Of a DNA stretch of 64,000 nt, positions 23,157-36,100 are shown one piece after another. The translations under genes were made by a program, and so were the position numbers. The DNA comes from Amphiscolops sp. MND2022 (Eukaryota): the NCBI GenBank assembly GCA_964187785.1, contig OZ076421.1, positions 51,708,001 through 51,772,000 of the forward strand, written 5' to 3'. Under the pieces are notes generated by a model that saw nothing but the letters and a program-made list of their open reading frames with translations, was not told where the DNA came from and made no database searches. Every line of letters starts with the position of its first letter. Position 1 is the stretch's first letter.

Positions 23157-26100
23157 GCGAAATGGGAAAGAGGAGCAACCGAAGGTCCAGAATGTTAGAA
23201 ACTCCGTCCCTGGAGAGAGAATCAAGTGATGTACAAGTAGAAACTTCAAGCAAAGGTAATGTAACTTTAACTAATGTTAACGTAGAAATCCAAGGAGGTT
23301 TAGGTGAAGGTGATCTGTGGCCTCTGTTGTATTCTGATGATCTGAGGTTAATAGATAAGAATTTTCCAATGTAGATATCTCTAGTTCTCGACTGTCCTGT
23401 ATCAAAGACAATTGTATCAATGTATTAAAGGTAATATAATATAGTTTGAGTTTGTTTGTACACAACTCTAGCTGGTATCTAGACACTAGACAGTCATTAG
23501 CTTTGTAGACCGAATCTCGGTTGACGTCATGTGAACCGGATAGAACCGAATATAAAATTTCCCCCGCTATTCTTTTCTCGCACATTTTCTTTAGTTTCGG
23601 CTTGAGGGGCCTGGTGGTGTGGTTTCCTCCGGGAGGAAACCAGCTGGTTTCTGAATCGTTTCTGGTTTGGGTGTTCCTTTGCGTCTAATCCACACAGTAC
23701 CTGTAATGAAAAAAATGTATGTGAGACATTTAGGTTTCATCCCCAAAAAATTCCAGTGTAGGGTATACTGCCGTATCTAATCGTGTTTTTGCTTTCTCGG
23801 TTAGATCGTCTTATTTGTGTTTTGAAGTTCTCACACGTTATTTCACTGTCGGAATGTAGCTGCAGTGCATTTTCTTCCGGATTAGTCCGTATTGGCACGT
23901 ATCTTCCGTCTCTTTCGGATGTGTCATATACTGTTGGTGTTCCGGTTTTTCCGGCATATCATCGTCGTCTTCGTCATCATCATCATCATCATCGGTGTCA
24001 CTTTCTGTCCGTCTTTTGTTTTGGACGATTTCCAGCTTACCGTTCAGGATTTCCCGAAGAATTTCGTCCCAACGGCCATTTTTCCCGTCCAATCTGCGTA
24101 TACAGTGTTAGTTTTTGGTATTTATCTCACCGGGTGTGTTCAATTCCGGTTCTTTTCTTGTGGTTCTTTCGGTCTGAAACAATTGTCCTGAAATAAATTT
24201 TTGGTTAATTATTTTTCCGGTGTCCGTTTATAGTACTTTTGGTTCCGCTTAAGGCGGTTTGAGGTTTTGTTTTCAAATTTTTCTTCCAATGATTTTCTGT
24301 TGCAATTCTTTCCAACAAAAAAGAAAGGATATCTAACCAAATTTTTCTTCTTCGTTGAACTCGGTCCATCGGCAGGAGGTTTCTCCTCTGTTTTTATTTT
24401 CGCCATAATAATATGGTTTGTGATGTCCCCGTCCGCGTCACGGCCCACATATATGGGGATTTTTGGTCTGTTTGGTCTCGAAACAGACAGTTCTGACCAA
24501 TTATATACGTATGATTTACCGTCTTTAACGATATTCGTTAATTCGGTTTTCGGGTTTTCTACCGTGTAGTATTTCGAATGGAGTTAGTTTTAATCCGCAT
24601 TGTATTGTGAGCCGCATTACGCGTAGTGCTCGGTTCACACCTTCGGTTAGACTTATGCCATCGTCCAAACTTGCTATGATTAGGTTTCTTAGTGTTTGTA
24701 TTGCTCTTTCCACTGCTCCGTTACTCGTATGTACTCGGGGAGTGCTGTATCCAATTTCGATATTTCGGTTTTTGCTAAATTCTCGGAATTCTTTTGAAAC
24801 AAATGCTCTTTTTTTATCGGATTTAATTTTTTCGGGTATTCCGTACAGATTAAAATTACTCAATAAAAAGTTTGTGACTTCTTTAGTCTCCTCTGTTTTG
24901 CAAATTTTCACGGTCGGCTATTAACTAAATCTATCTATTGCTATTAATAATTGTACTTTCCCGTGTATATTTTTGTTATGTAATTTCCCGGTGAAATCAA
25001 TTTGTATTTCTTGGCCGGGTTCGGTCAGTTTTTCTAATTTTCCAATTTTCCGTAGTGTTTTTTTTTAGTAAATGTCAAATACGTCAAATAGTTTCTTCTC
25101 ATGATCTTGTCTACTCCACCGTGTTACTAAAATTATGTCATCCGGCCATACCGAAGTGCAATATCCGAGTGTTCGGTCGGTTTTTTCTTGGAATATAGTG
25201 AGTATGTCGGCAAGTCCGTAGAACCCTTTTTGAATCGATAATATTCGCTAAATTTTCCCCCGGTTAATGCAAATACGCCTTGTCGGCTTGTTTCTTTGGA
25301 TAACTTCTTGTATGTAAGCGTGGTCTAGGTCTATTTTTGATATAAAGAGTTGTAGTGTTCGGTCACGGGTATGTTCCACCGAGATTTGATTCAACAATTT
25401 CTCCATAATTGGCATGTGAAGTCTCGTTTTGATACAGCTATCATTTAGTTTCCTTGAGTCCAATGCGATTTTTACCGATTTGTCGCTTTTCACTGTTATA
25501 ACTACTAGTGATACAAAGCAATCTTCATCTACATCTTTTATCTCTTCTAAGTGTCCGGATTTTATCTGTTTCTCTAATTCGCGTCCGACGCGTCCGAAGA
25601 TGTAGTGGTATTGGTCTTGCTTTTTGTTTTACCGGATAATCTCCCGGTTTTAATTAAATGCTTTTCTCGGTATCTTTTATCGTTTCATTATTTTCAAATA
25701 GGTCCGGAATTTTGTTGACTACTTTCTTGCGTTTTGATTGGTTGTTGACGGCCAATTGTATTCTGCCGATCGTTGGTTTGAAATTCTTCCTCCAGTCCAT
25801 CACAAGTAATGGTGCCATATCTGTTCTTTCGGTTATCAGAATTTCCGTTTTCGTTTGTTATTTTCATATTCAATATTTACCGGAATTTTTCCCCGGAGTT
25901 TTAATTCATTCTTGTTCACATCTTGGTATCGGTTTGTTTTTTTTCTGTATTTCGATTGAATTTGTGATTTTTTCATCCGGTATCTATTTTGAATTCTTTC
26001 ATTACTCCGTTAATCGTTAGCGTTGTGGTGAAGTGTTGGTTTGTTTCGATTTTCTTTATTTCTTTTATGTGGTGAATGCTATCTTTGGATTCGCTTGACG

Positions 26101-27620
26101 GTTTGTCCGGTTCGTTCAATTCGTTTTCGGTTAGTCTTTCCACTATTCGGCTGTTGTTTTGTCTTCTGTTTGCATACTTTTGCATAGTGTCCTTTCTTAC
26201 CGCATTTGTTGCAGTTGGCGTCTAGTGCGGGACAATTATGCATTGATGTCCAAGTCGATGCGTTGCAGAATCTGCATGTTCGGTTTCCGAAGTTTTTATT
26301 TTCGTTCTTGTACCGAATTGTTCCATTCTTTGAATTGGTTCTTCCTTTTTTATGTGTTTCTCTTTGGGTTGATAGAAAAGCTTCTGGTATTGTATTCTTT
26401 TTGTTTTTCTTCTATGTGTTCTGTTTAATCAGTTCAATTACCTTCTTCAGTTCTAGTGTTTTTTCTTTCATTAATTTGTCCCGTACTTTTTATCGGTGAC
26501 GCTGTCACGAATTTCGACATCAACAACACTTCTGTCGAAGTGATGTTGAAGTTACATTCTTTTCCGATTTCGAATAATCGTTTCCAGAGTTCTTCCGGTG
26601 TTTCTCCTGTTTGTTTTGTCCAGAAGAAATCTCCATGATTATGGTGAGTGTTTTTTTTCGGCATGTAGAATTCGTTGAACAACCGGATTAAATTTTTCTC
26701 TTTTATACTGTCGGGTTCCGATTTATTTTCGGACCTGGTTATTTGGTACAGTGCTTCCGGTCCCACTCCCCACAGAAAATCTTCTTGAATTGCTTGTTCT
26801 TTTCCGGTCCACCCGGTATTTGTTACATCTTCCCTTTTCAATAACGGTGCAATATCAACTTGTGTTCCCGTTTGCGAAACTGCCGGATCTCTCAAGCCAC
26901 TGTCTCGGTGTGAATACCGGATTTCCATCTGTGGCTCTCGCTACGACGTTTGGGACTATGTTTTTCTCTGTCATTCTGTGTTTTGTAGTAAGAAGATTGT
27001 TTCAATTGTTTGAAAATGGGCTGACTGCGCCATGTTGTATTCTGCTGATCTAATGTTAAGAGAGAAGAATATTGTAAAATAGATATTCCTACTTCTCGAC
27101 TGTTCTATATCAAACACAATTGTATCAATGTATTAAATGTACTTTAATATAGATTGAGTTTGTTTGTACACAACTCTAGCTGGTGTCTAGACACTAGACA
27201 GTCTATAGGTCTGTAGACCGAATATCGATTGAGGTCATGTGAGCCGGATTAAACCGAATATAACATCCTCAACTAGTACAATCTAGTCAGGTCAGTAATG
27301 AAATTAAGCCTGGATTGAAATCGTTGAGCTGAAAAACAATGATAGAATCACGAAATTGAGAAACGAAATAGAGAACAAACTAGAGGCAATTCGGATGAAA
27401 ATAAAAACTAATAAAAGCACATCTACGGCAACTAATTCTAGATCAGAACTAAACGAAATTTGAAGTCTGTAACGGACGGGATCCGGAGGAAAAAGGTCTA
27501 TGGGAGATAACGAAAGTTTAGACTCAGAAAACGAAGTTATCCTCCTCATAATTTCAGAAATGATAGAATTGAGACATAGAGAAACGTCAAACTTATACAA
27601 CCGTAGATGCAACAGTATTT
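23157..27620 (+). pseudogene. gag: 5' gag remnant of a + strand Gypsy element, split by the Mag-like insertion (23157-23324 + 27266-27620)
   Basis: MGKRSNRRSRMLETPSLERE...GLGEGDLWP resumes after the insertion as QLVQSSQVSNEI... and continues into a charged, coiled-coil-like stretch. Confidence 0.6.
23325..27265 (-). mobile_element. Mag-like Ty3/Gypsy element with both LTRs, internally deleted (RNase H missing)
   Basis: LTRs at 23325-23557 and 27033-27265 (233 bp each). TSD gcctc/tcctc. PBS TGGCGCAGTCAGC at 27020-27032 (tRNA-Ser type). PPT GAGAAAAGAATAGCGGGGGAAA. gag (QEDFLWGVGPEAL), PR (FKIDTG), RT (ISKIDLDHAY) and IN (PEKIKSD...SNGAVERAIQTL). Confidence 0.93.
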
Positions 27621-30600
27621 TTTAACATTATATAATGATGGCAGGAGCCAGCAGATTACTCCATAGACAAAGCTCTCAAAATTCCCAACCTGTTAATTAC
27701 ATCTTAGATTCAATAAATTGCCCTGCTTCCATCACCAACAGCTTTACTTTCTTGCGGGATTCCGGGCTGCTTGACTGTCGATTGACTCTGGATAGAGTTG
27801 TGCAGCTGGCTGCGATGGCTTTGATCCCGCGTCAGGTTTGTTACTCGGTCGTCTATATAACGCTGAGTGGATCCAAGATTCCCAAGAAAGTTTTGTTGTC
27901 CTCAATCATGCCTGCCAGTCGTACGTTTCGTTCGATAAGTTCGTTTCGGGAGAACAGCTGACTAAGAACTGTCTCGAGGAGCTGAAGTGCAACTCGCCAA
28001 ACGGGAAGAGTTTCATGGAGAATGCTGCCTTCTCTCCATGGGGTACTTTCTATTTGCATGTGCGGAGTGACATGTATCGCAGATTACGCGATGCTTTTGA
28101 TGCGTATTACCTGGAACACGTTTCTGAATGGCGTCGGCGAGCTGGCTTGGGTTTGTATCCTGCAACTTCGCCCCCTGGCAAATTGCAACCTGTCTTAGAT
28201 TCTCAGAAAGTGGATGCCGTAGTTGGATTGGAGTCAGCAGGAAGTTCTAAGATCCCGTCAGTTGCTATGAGTCCTCCGTCAGTGGTGTCTGCGACCAAAT
28301 CTGCTTCGTGGAGTGTTTCGGCGTATAAAAAAGAGAAAATCCAGTCAGGGAGTCTTCTGCAATTCACTCCTATGCTCCTCGAGTTCGCTTTCCATTGAGC
28401 TTTTAGTTGAATCATAGGGAGGTTGAGTCAATTGTAGTAGATGAAATAGTAGATAGTAAGAGTGTACCATATCACGAACTCGTGAAAAGAGTTTATTCTT
28501 CCACGTTGACGACCACAGAATCGTAATAAGCATAATCTCTTTTCCATTTTGAAGGGGAGTTGCTACGAAGGTTATATTTTCCTTTCCGGGGGGAACTAGG
28601 TTCTGGGTTTGGGTTGGCTCTGATTGAATTTCTTGTTCATCGGGTTGATCTTCCGATAGGATATCAGAGTTGGCGTCCTGGGCGACATATTCTGGGTTAT
28701 CTTCCTTGTCGGTCGAGAATATTGCGGATTCGTCGCTCGAATTGAGCTCGGGTGGTGTTACGAAGTGTTCAAACCCGGACTGCCATGCTAGTGCGTACAA
28801 GTCATCATGTAGGATTTCAACTTCATCGTCTGGTTGAAACTCTTTGGTTTGGACTTGTATATCTGGCAGACGGTCTTTAGTTGGGCAGGGTTTTAGGCGT
28901 ATCCTGTGTAAAACTTGCGTTGTGTTTGTTTGCAATTTACAGGTTAGGTAGTTGTTGTTGGGAAGGGTTTTCACTACTACGAATGGTCCTGTCCATAAAA
29001 ACTCGCGAAAAGGCAGTTTTGATCCTTGGGTGTTTGCCTGGGGGTGTAGGGCGTAGCAGTTGTCGTTTGCTGCTAGGGGATGGGCAGAGGCTTTCCTGTC
29101 ATAGTACTGTTTGTACCGTATGTTCGAGTGTAGAAGGTGTTTGCTCACTGATTCATGTATTATTCGATACTTTTGGACAACTTCTTCGCCTACGTATGCT
29201 GTTGGATTTTTGTTTTGGCTCTGTTTGAGACCGAATTTCAGGTCGACGACATTTTATGATACTCTACTATGGAACACCCTACTGGGTTCACACCCTAGTG
29301 CTGAGTGATACGTTGTTATAGTTGAGTGTGGCTGCTGGGAGGAACTGGTCCCACATTGTTCTTCGCTCTCCTGTTTAGATTTTCAAAGCTTCTTTCAGCG
29401 ATGCATGACAGCGTTCAATGATGCCTATTGTCTGAGCTTGCTTTGATATGGCGTGTCGTAATTGGATGCCCAGTACTCGGGTGGCGTCAGCTAATACTTC
29501 GGACATAAACTGGGTTTTTTGTCGGTTATGATCGTCGTAGGTAGGTACGCTTGTCGTGTCATGATGTCTACTAGCGCCCTTGCGATTGTTCTTGCATCTA
29601 CTTTGGTGACGCAGTATGTAAATAGGTAGTGTGAAAGTATGTCCATGGCGGTGACTATCGCCGTGTATCCGTTTGATGGTTCGTCAAACGGGACGATATC
29701 CATTCGCAGGGCGTCCTCTGGTCCCATGGCCAGTTTGGATGTGTTGATCATTGGCAGGGTGAGGAGGCGATTGTCCGTTTGTTTCGTTTGCATGCATTTC
29801 ATACATTGATTGATATGTTTGGCTGATTTAGCCGCAAGGCTTGGGTAGTAGTATTTTTCCCTGCCCTGTTGTAGCACTTTAGTGATCCCGGGGTGTTTGT
29901 CATGCATTCCGTGGTGGGCTTCGATGAATGAGCTAACTAGGTGTTCCGGGAGTAGTACCTGTAAATATTTGACAGTGCCGGTCTCCCCAAAGTACTGCCG
30001 GAATAGCAATCCATCTTTGAGTATGAATCGGGATTCCTGGGCGGTGTATTGGAGTGCCCTCTGATTTGTAGCAATGAGATGTTCGTCGAACGGTTTTTTA
30101 GAAGGCGTAGTTTATAGTTCCGGAGAGCTTTGCCTTGATCTTGATGGTGTCGCATATCTCGAGGAGGGTTCCTTCCTCTTTCTCAGTGTTTCCGGTGCGT
30201 CTCGTTATTTCGGTTTGAAAAATGACAGTAGTTGGTTCTGGTTGGGTTGCATTGTCATTGGTTTCCTCTCCTGGAGTTTGCGGAGTGTCGTTTTTCAAAA
30301 TCTTTTTGCGGGCTCTTCGTTTCCCCTCCCAAATCTGCTCCTCTGTTTAAATGTCGTCGTTGGGGAGGAAGTAGAATTGTTCCTCTCCAGCGACGTTGGA
30401 AGACTGTATGTGCACTTCTATTGGCGCAGTTTGGATGTCGTCCCGTATCAAGAGTTGGACTTTCTCCTTAGGGTCCAGGTCAAGTCTGGAGAGAAAGTCT
30501 GTGGCAGTGTTCATACGTCCTGAGATGTGGGTTTTTGTGAAATTAAATTAGAGGACGAAAAAGCAGACGTTCCACAAAGCTGGGAGTATTATCTTTGTTT

Positions 30601-31500
30601 GAAAAAACCGTGTCACAGACTTATTGTCTGTTAGGACGATGACCGGTTTGGTCGATCCCCACAAGATGTGGCTGTACTCCATGAAAGCGAAGTATATGGC
30701 CTGGAATTCTTTGGCATATACCGACATTTTGATCTGGGATGATGGGAATGTTTTGGATCCGAAGGCTACTGGGTAATAGGACTTTTTGACTGACGTCAGT
30801 TTCTCATCGGAATTTTCCTCAATCATGAGGGCATAATCTGCAATTTTGAAATTCGCGTCGGACATGAGTACATATTGCGTGTTGCATAGGGGTTATTTCA
30901 GCCATAGTCCACAAGCGTTATCCAGCGACTTGTTGATGCCTCCAAACTTCATGATGATTTCATTTGTGATTTTGATCGGTTTGTCCGCTTTGACCAACTC
31001 GTGAAGGGTGGTCTTTTTCGGAGAGGCGAGGTATGTAATTACAGTAATAGTTAACGAATCCGATGTATCTTTGTTGGCCCTTTTTAGTTTTTGGAAACGA
31101 CAGTTTTTGAAGGTAGTTTCTGATCTTGAGAGACTGGGGGGCAATGCCTCCAGGTGAGACTGTTCGTCCAAAGGAATTCGACTTCCTTGGCATCTAACTG
31201 GCTTTTGGCCATTGTCAGACGCAGGCCTGCTTCTCTAATGCACTGAAAGACCTCGCGCAGGTTGATCTTCAGCTCATCGGCAGCGAGGGTTGCTATCCCG
31301 ATGTCGTCGACGTACTGAGCGCATTTGTCAGCTTTTTTGACGCGATCGAGATACTCCCTCATGAAGCTTGAGAAGGAGGAGAGGGATCTGTTGAGCCCTT
31401 GTGCGAGTCGTAGTTAGGCAAATGTCCGACTGGTGAAGTTGAACGCCAGGAGTATTACTGATTTCTGGTCTGCAATTTGCAGAACGTGGTACGCTTTCGA
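27620..31500 (-). mobile_element. pol: Gypsy pol remnant (RT C-half, RNase H, integrase, C-terminal tail) plus 3' region
   Basis: CAQYVDDIGIA; VAFGSKTF...KEFQAIYFAF...VLTDNKSVTRFFQ; the HHCC finger EAHH..HPGI...CMKC; MDIVPF; WTGPFVVVK; terminal RKGKYNLRSN. It is truncated at KAYH by the satellite. Confidence 0.92.
27838..28398 (+). CDS. Antisense accessory ORF (186 aa) in the 3' region of the Gypsy element; unknown function
   Basis: An open 186-codon frame in an otherwise disrupted element, with protein-like composition (FYLHVRSDMYRRLRDAFDAYYLEHVSEWRRR). There is no ATG start and an upstream in-frame stop, so it is probably 5' damaged. Confidence 0.55.
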   Translation: MLLGRLYNAEWIQDSQESFVVLNHACQSYVSFDKFVSGEQLTKNCLEELKCNSPNGKSFMENAAFSPWGTFYLHVRSDMYRRLRDAFDAYYLEHVSEWRRRAGLGLYPATSPPGKLQPVLDSQKVDAVVGLESAGSSKIPSVAMSPPSVVSATKSASWSVSAYKKEKIQSGSLLQFTPMLLEFAFH

Positions 31501-31503
31501 AAC

Positions 31504-33180
31504 CTTTTCTAGTGGTCGTAGAGTCACCAAATTCACACCACGTAAGCTGTACCCGCAGTATTTGACAACAATGCGTGCAATTGGCATCAACTCTCAGTAA
31601 AGTGGTTTTCGGACAGTGCTAGAGAAACCAGGAACGCCTAGAGACAGCCGGAGCAGGACATCCAAGACCCCAAAAACGGCAGCGGTCTTTGGGATTGGCA
31701 GAGTACTTGAAGTGTCTTTATTACAGCCTAAATCAACGCGATAGGCATTGAAAAAGTGCAACATAAGCTTTAGAACAATTTTTAATACCAAAAGTTTCCA
31801 GTGATTCAGCAAAATAATGCTTGAGAAAATTCGTCCCATAACACTGTTTAGATTAACGCTGTTGGGGGTCTGAAAAGTTTTCTAGTGGTCGTAGAGGCGC
31901 CAAGTTGCATACCACGTAAGCTGTACCCGTAGTAATTGACAACAATGAGTGCAATTGGGACCAACTTCCAGTAAAGCGACTTTCGGACGGTGCTAGAGAA
32001 ACCAGGAACGCCTAGAGACAGCCGGAGCAGGACATCCAAGACCCCAAAAACGGCAGCGGTCTTTGTGATTGGCAGAGGACTTGAAGTGTCTTAATTACAT
32101 CCTAAATCAACGCGATAGGCCTTGAAAAAGTGCACCATATGCTTTAGAACAATTTTTACTACCAAAAGTTTCCAGTGATTCAGCAAAATAATGCTTGAGA
32201 AAAGTCGTCCCATAACACTGTTTAGATTAACGCTTTTGGGGGTCTGAAAAGTTTTCTAGTGGTCGTAGAGGCGCCAAGTTGCATACCACGTAAGCTGTAC
32301 CCGTAGTAAGTGACAACAAGGAGTACATATGGGACCAACTTCCAGTAAAGCGACTTTCGGACGGTGCTAGAGAAACCAGGAACGCCTAGAGACAGCCGGA
32401 GCAGGACATCCAAGACCCCAAAAACGGCAGCGGTCTTTGTGATTGGCAGAGGACTTGAAGTGTCTTAATTACATCCTAAATCAACGCGATAGGCATTGAA
32501 AAAGTGCACCATATGCTTTAGAACAATTTTTACTACCAAAAGTTTCCAGTGATTCAGCAAAATAATGCTTGAGAAAAGTCGTCCCACAACACTGTGTAGA
32601 TTAACGCTTTTGGGGGTCTGAAAAGTTTTCAAGTGGTCGTAGAGTCGCCAAATTCACACCACGTAAGCTGTACCCGCAGTATTTGACAACAATGCGTGCA
32701 ATTGGCATCAACTCTCAGTAAAGAGGTTTTCGGACGGTGCTAGAGAAACCAGGAACGCCTAGCGACAGCCGGAGCAGGACATCGAAAGACCCCGAAAACG
32801 GCAGCGGTCTTTGTGATAGGCAGAGAACTTGAAGTGTCTTAATTACAGCCCAAATCAACGCGGTAGGCATTAAAACAGTGCACAATATGCTTTAAAACAT
32901 ATTTTTAATACCAAAAGTTTCCAATAATTCGGCAAAATAATGCATGAAAAAAGCCGTCCCATAGCACTGTTTTGATGAACGCTTTTGTGGCTCTGAAATT
33001 TTTTCTAGTGGTCGTAGAGGCGCCAAATTTACACCACGTACGCTTTACTTAGAGTAATTGACGAAATTGGGTGCAATTTAGACCAACTGCTAGTATAACG
33101 ATTTTCGGACAGTGCGAGAAGTTCACTCGGGAAAAAGCAATTTGCAGTTTAAAAAGTTTAGGTACTGTCAAGCATCCTAA
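31504..33180. repeat. Tandem satellite, ~374-bp monomer, ~4.5 copies
   Basis: TTTTC(T/A)AGTGGTCGTAGAG recurs at ~31505, 31878, 32252, 32626 and 33001. A degenerate continuation extends to ~33480. Confidence 0.95.
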
Positions 33181-36100
33181 AATCTCATTATATCAGTCTA
33201 AAGCATACATTCACTTATCACCGGTCCCATGGCATGCGCCAGTGTGCTTTTAGATGGTTCTCTGGCGCAAAAATGAACTTCCGCCAGCAAGGAGCGGTAG
33301 TTTAAACAAAATGGAAATTTTTAAGAGTAAGTGGTCCTTGCAATTTTCACAGGACTTGAAGGGCATCTAACATACCCTAAATAAACGCTGTAGACTTTTA
33401 ACAATTGCACCATCAGCTTTAGATCAATTTTTCCCCCCTAAACTACTCCAGTAAGTTGGGAAAAATATCTTGAAAAAATTGTATCACATTGAAGAAAATC
33501 CTACTCTGAAGATGTATATAATTCAAAATTTTTCTGCTAATATGTGACTCTAAAACAGCTCCGAAGCTAGCTCACTTCCTTTGCACGTATTCTCAGCAAA
33601 AGCTCGAACTTTTGGCGTCCAGATGCACAACAGGAGGTCAGAATGGCCGGTAGGAGTGTAATAAATGCTTGAGTCATGGCAAAAAAACTTTTCCTTTACC
33701 CTTCAAAAAAGTGGTTCAAAACATACGTAACATATATAATCAGAATTGTGAGATTCATTGAAGGCCAAATATAATATTTCTTTTGCAATATAAATAGTTT
33801 AAAACTTTTTCCAAACCAAATATTGTCTCTCTCAGAAAAAAACCCGTTGTAGACCACAAAAGTTTGACTGTTTAATAATGTCAAAATGGTTCCCAGATGC
33901 TGAAGTTTTGGCTCCCGATAGCTGAGATTCAGCGTGAAACGATGTCGAGGTTGTTTGGGTACATTTAATCTGACAAAAACTGCAGTCTCCACCTAAACTT
34001 TTCAGGAGCCCCAGAGACGGCCATATAGACCCTAGTGCTAAAAAAGTGGCCTATTCATATTTTTCACTCGAGAATGTTTTGTTTAATGCCTTATTCGGTT
34101 CCTCCGCACAACTACAATTCCAAAAAATCAACCCCGAGCTTTGTACAATGATTCCTCAATATTTCCACCAATTTTTTTTTCGATTTTTGAATCTGACGCT
34201 TCAACCAGCTCTGTCAGACTCACTGCAGATATTTGAACAAGTATAGATCTATACCCATTGGTGACAGAAACCCCAGGATTTTTACATGAAATCCTGCAAA
34301 TGACTCGTACGGGCCCAGATCAACCATAAAAACCCAGGATTTGCGAAAAATCGAGAGTCCCCAGCGATTTCAACAGTTTTTGAGAGAATTGAGCAGAAAT
34401 CCCCATAGACAGCCGGTAGCCTATACCTCCTGAAAAATGCACCAAAATATCCTAGAAGAGTGAGGTTTAGTTTTTTGACCTCTGTAGTGGAAGCGGACAC
34501 CGTGTATATGCGTTAGGGTTTGTTTTCTAACAATTTTCACAGAATTTCAGAGCCACATGCTCCCAGATGCAGCTGAAAAATTAGGCCCCGTTGATAGTGT
34601 AAAACACTTGGGAATCCGGAGCAGCTTGGTACGCTGTGCTCGCAAGCTCGTTCTGAGCATGGGAATGCTATTTATTTTGCTCTACGACCATGGGGACATG
34701 CTCTCTCCGGCCTTCGAAAATTTTTTTGTGCACCAGAGGCAGCTGCTTCAGAGGCAGCTTAGGGTTAGGGTCGAAAAAAAAACAAAAGACTACAACTAAC
34801 TTGGTGGCATTGTGAGCGAATTGTAGAGAATGTCGGGAAAGATAAACACGAACTGACACCCTGGTCAAGAAAGGGCTCGAAACAACAAGGAGTCAAGTGT
34901 AGGTTTTGAAAAGTTTTGTTTAGAAGAGGAGGAGGAGGAGTATTCATGTCGACCGCCACTTTCGGCGAGAATTTGGATTTGTTTATAATGAGATGAATCC
35001 TTAATGATTCTAGATTTGAAAGCATTTAAAGATTTGAAGCACCAATAACAATCGCGTGCTTTTTCTCCATAAAACCTGAAAATTGGCTAAGGAGGTTAGT
35101 TTTTCGATTGACAACAGAAAATTCATGTTGACGAAACGAAACGTGCAAGCACTGATTCAAAAAAGGCTAAAAGCATGCAAACACCCTTCCTCCAGGCCCT
35201 CAAACATGCCACCAGGAGCCCGCGCTGGTGCTTTCGTATTTGCCAAAAGGCAAACACGTCCAACACAGGCTCCGTGTTCAGCCCGTCAAAGTAGGCTTGG
35301 ATTCTCTGCAGCAATGAAAAATGAATTGGTTTTAATTTCTGAGTGTTGCTTCAGAGAAGTTTCGCAATTAAAAATATAAAAGAATGAACCTAGTTCTTCT
35401 CCGCAGAGCACTTGGAGTATATCCCAGGTGACTTGGGACACCTCAACAAGACAAGTTGTTCGACATTTTTTGTTGGTGATTCCCCAAATGAAATAGTCGA
35501 TCTTGTCCAGATCGACCCAGGTTAGCATTTTTAGTAATTGTTGGAAAAGTATTTGTTGGGAAAGGTTTTTGTTGGGTTGATTTTTGACTGAAGAATGAAA
35601 CTTTTGTGCACCTCAGGTTCAACCCACTGATAACCTCTTTTTCAGGTTTTTCAGTTTCTTTTGAACTGGGAAACATCAAAGATATTCCCCAGACACAATT
35701 TCCACATCTGATCTTTTGGAAACTCGGATAAATAACCATTTTCACTTTTTAGGGCTCATAAGACCCGGATCAAAGGCTCCGCTCTCCTTTGAACCTGTTT
35801 TCAAACTGTTGCAGGGTCCACCTTAATTCCTTTGAAATTTGGAACCCACCAAATTTGAGTTGCCAAGTGATGAATCAAAGAAAAAACCGACACTCTGTTA
35901 ATTGGCATTGTTTTTTTCAGTTATAATTAACAAAAAAATGTTGCCTTCACAATTCCAAAACAAATTAGAAGGCATTTTGATTGCTTTTTATCCGAAAATT
36001 TTGCAGTTTTTCCCGAAATGTTCATGTTTTTTTGGACATTTTAGGTCATTTTGTCCTTTTACAGAATGTGAAAATTCGGTGTGAAAAGAAACTGGGATAA

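Noticed and set aside
31594-32413. Repeated ORFs MDVLLRLSLGVPGF... as genes
   Set aside because: They are by-products of the 374-bp satellite and contain copy-specific stops.
34759-34770. Interstitial telomere (TTAGGG)2
   Set aside because: Only two units, which is too short to be meaningful.
34500-35750. Possible spliced hAT-like transposase remnant (DVFAFW...)
   Set aside because: Only one weak motif is present, with no consistent frame, TIR or TSD. Left unannotated.
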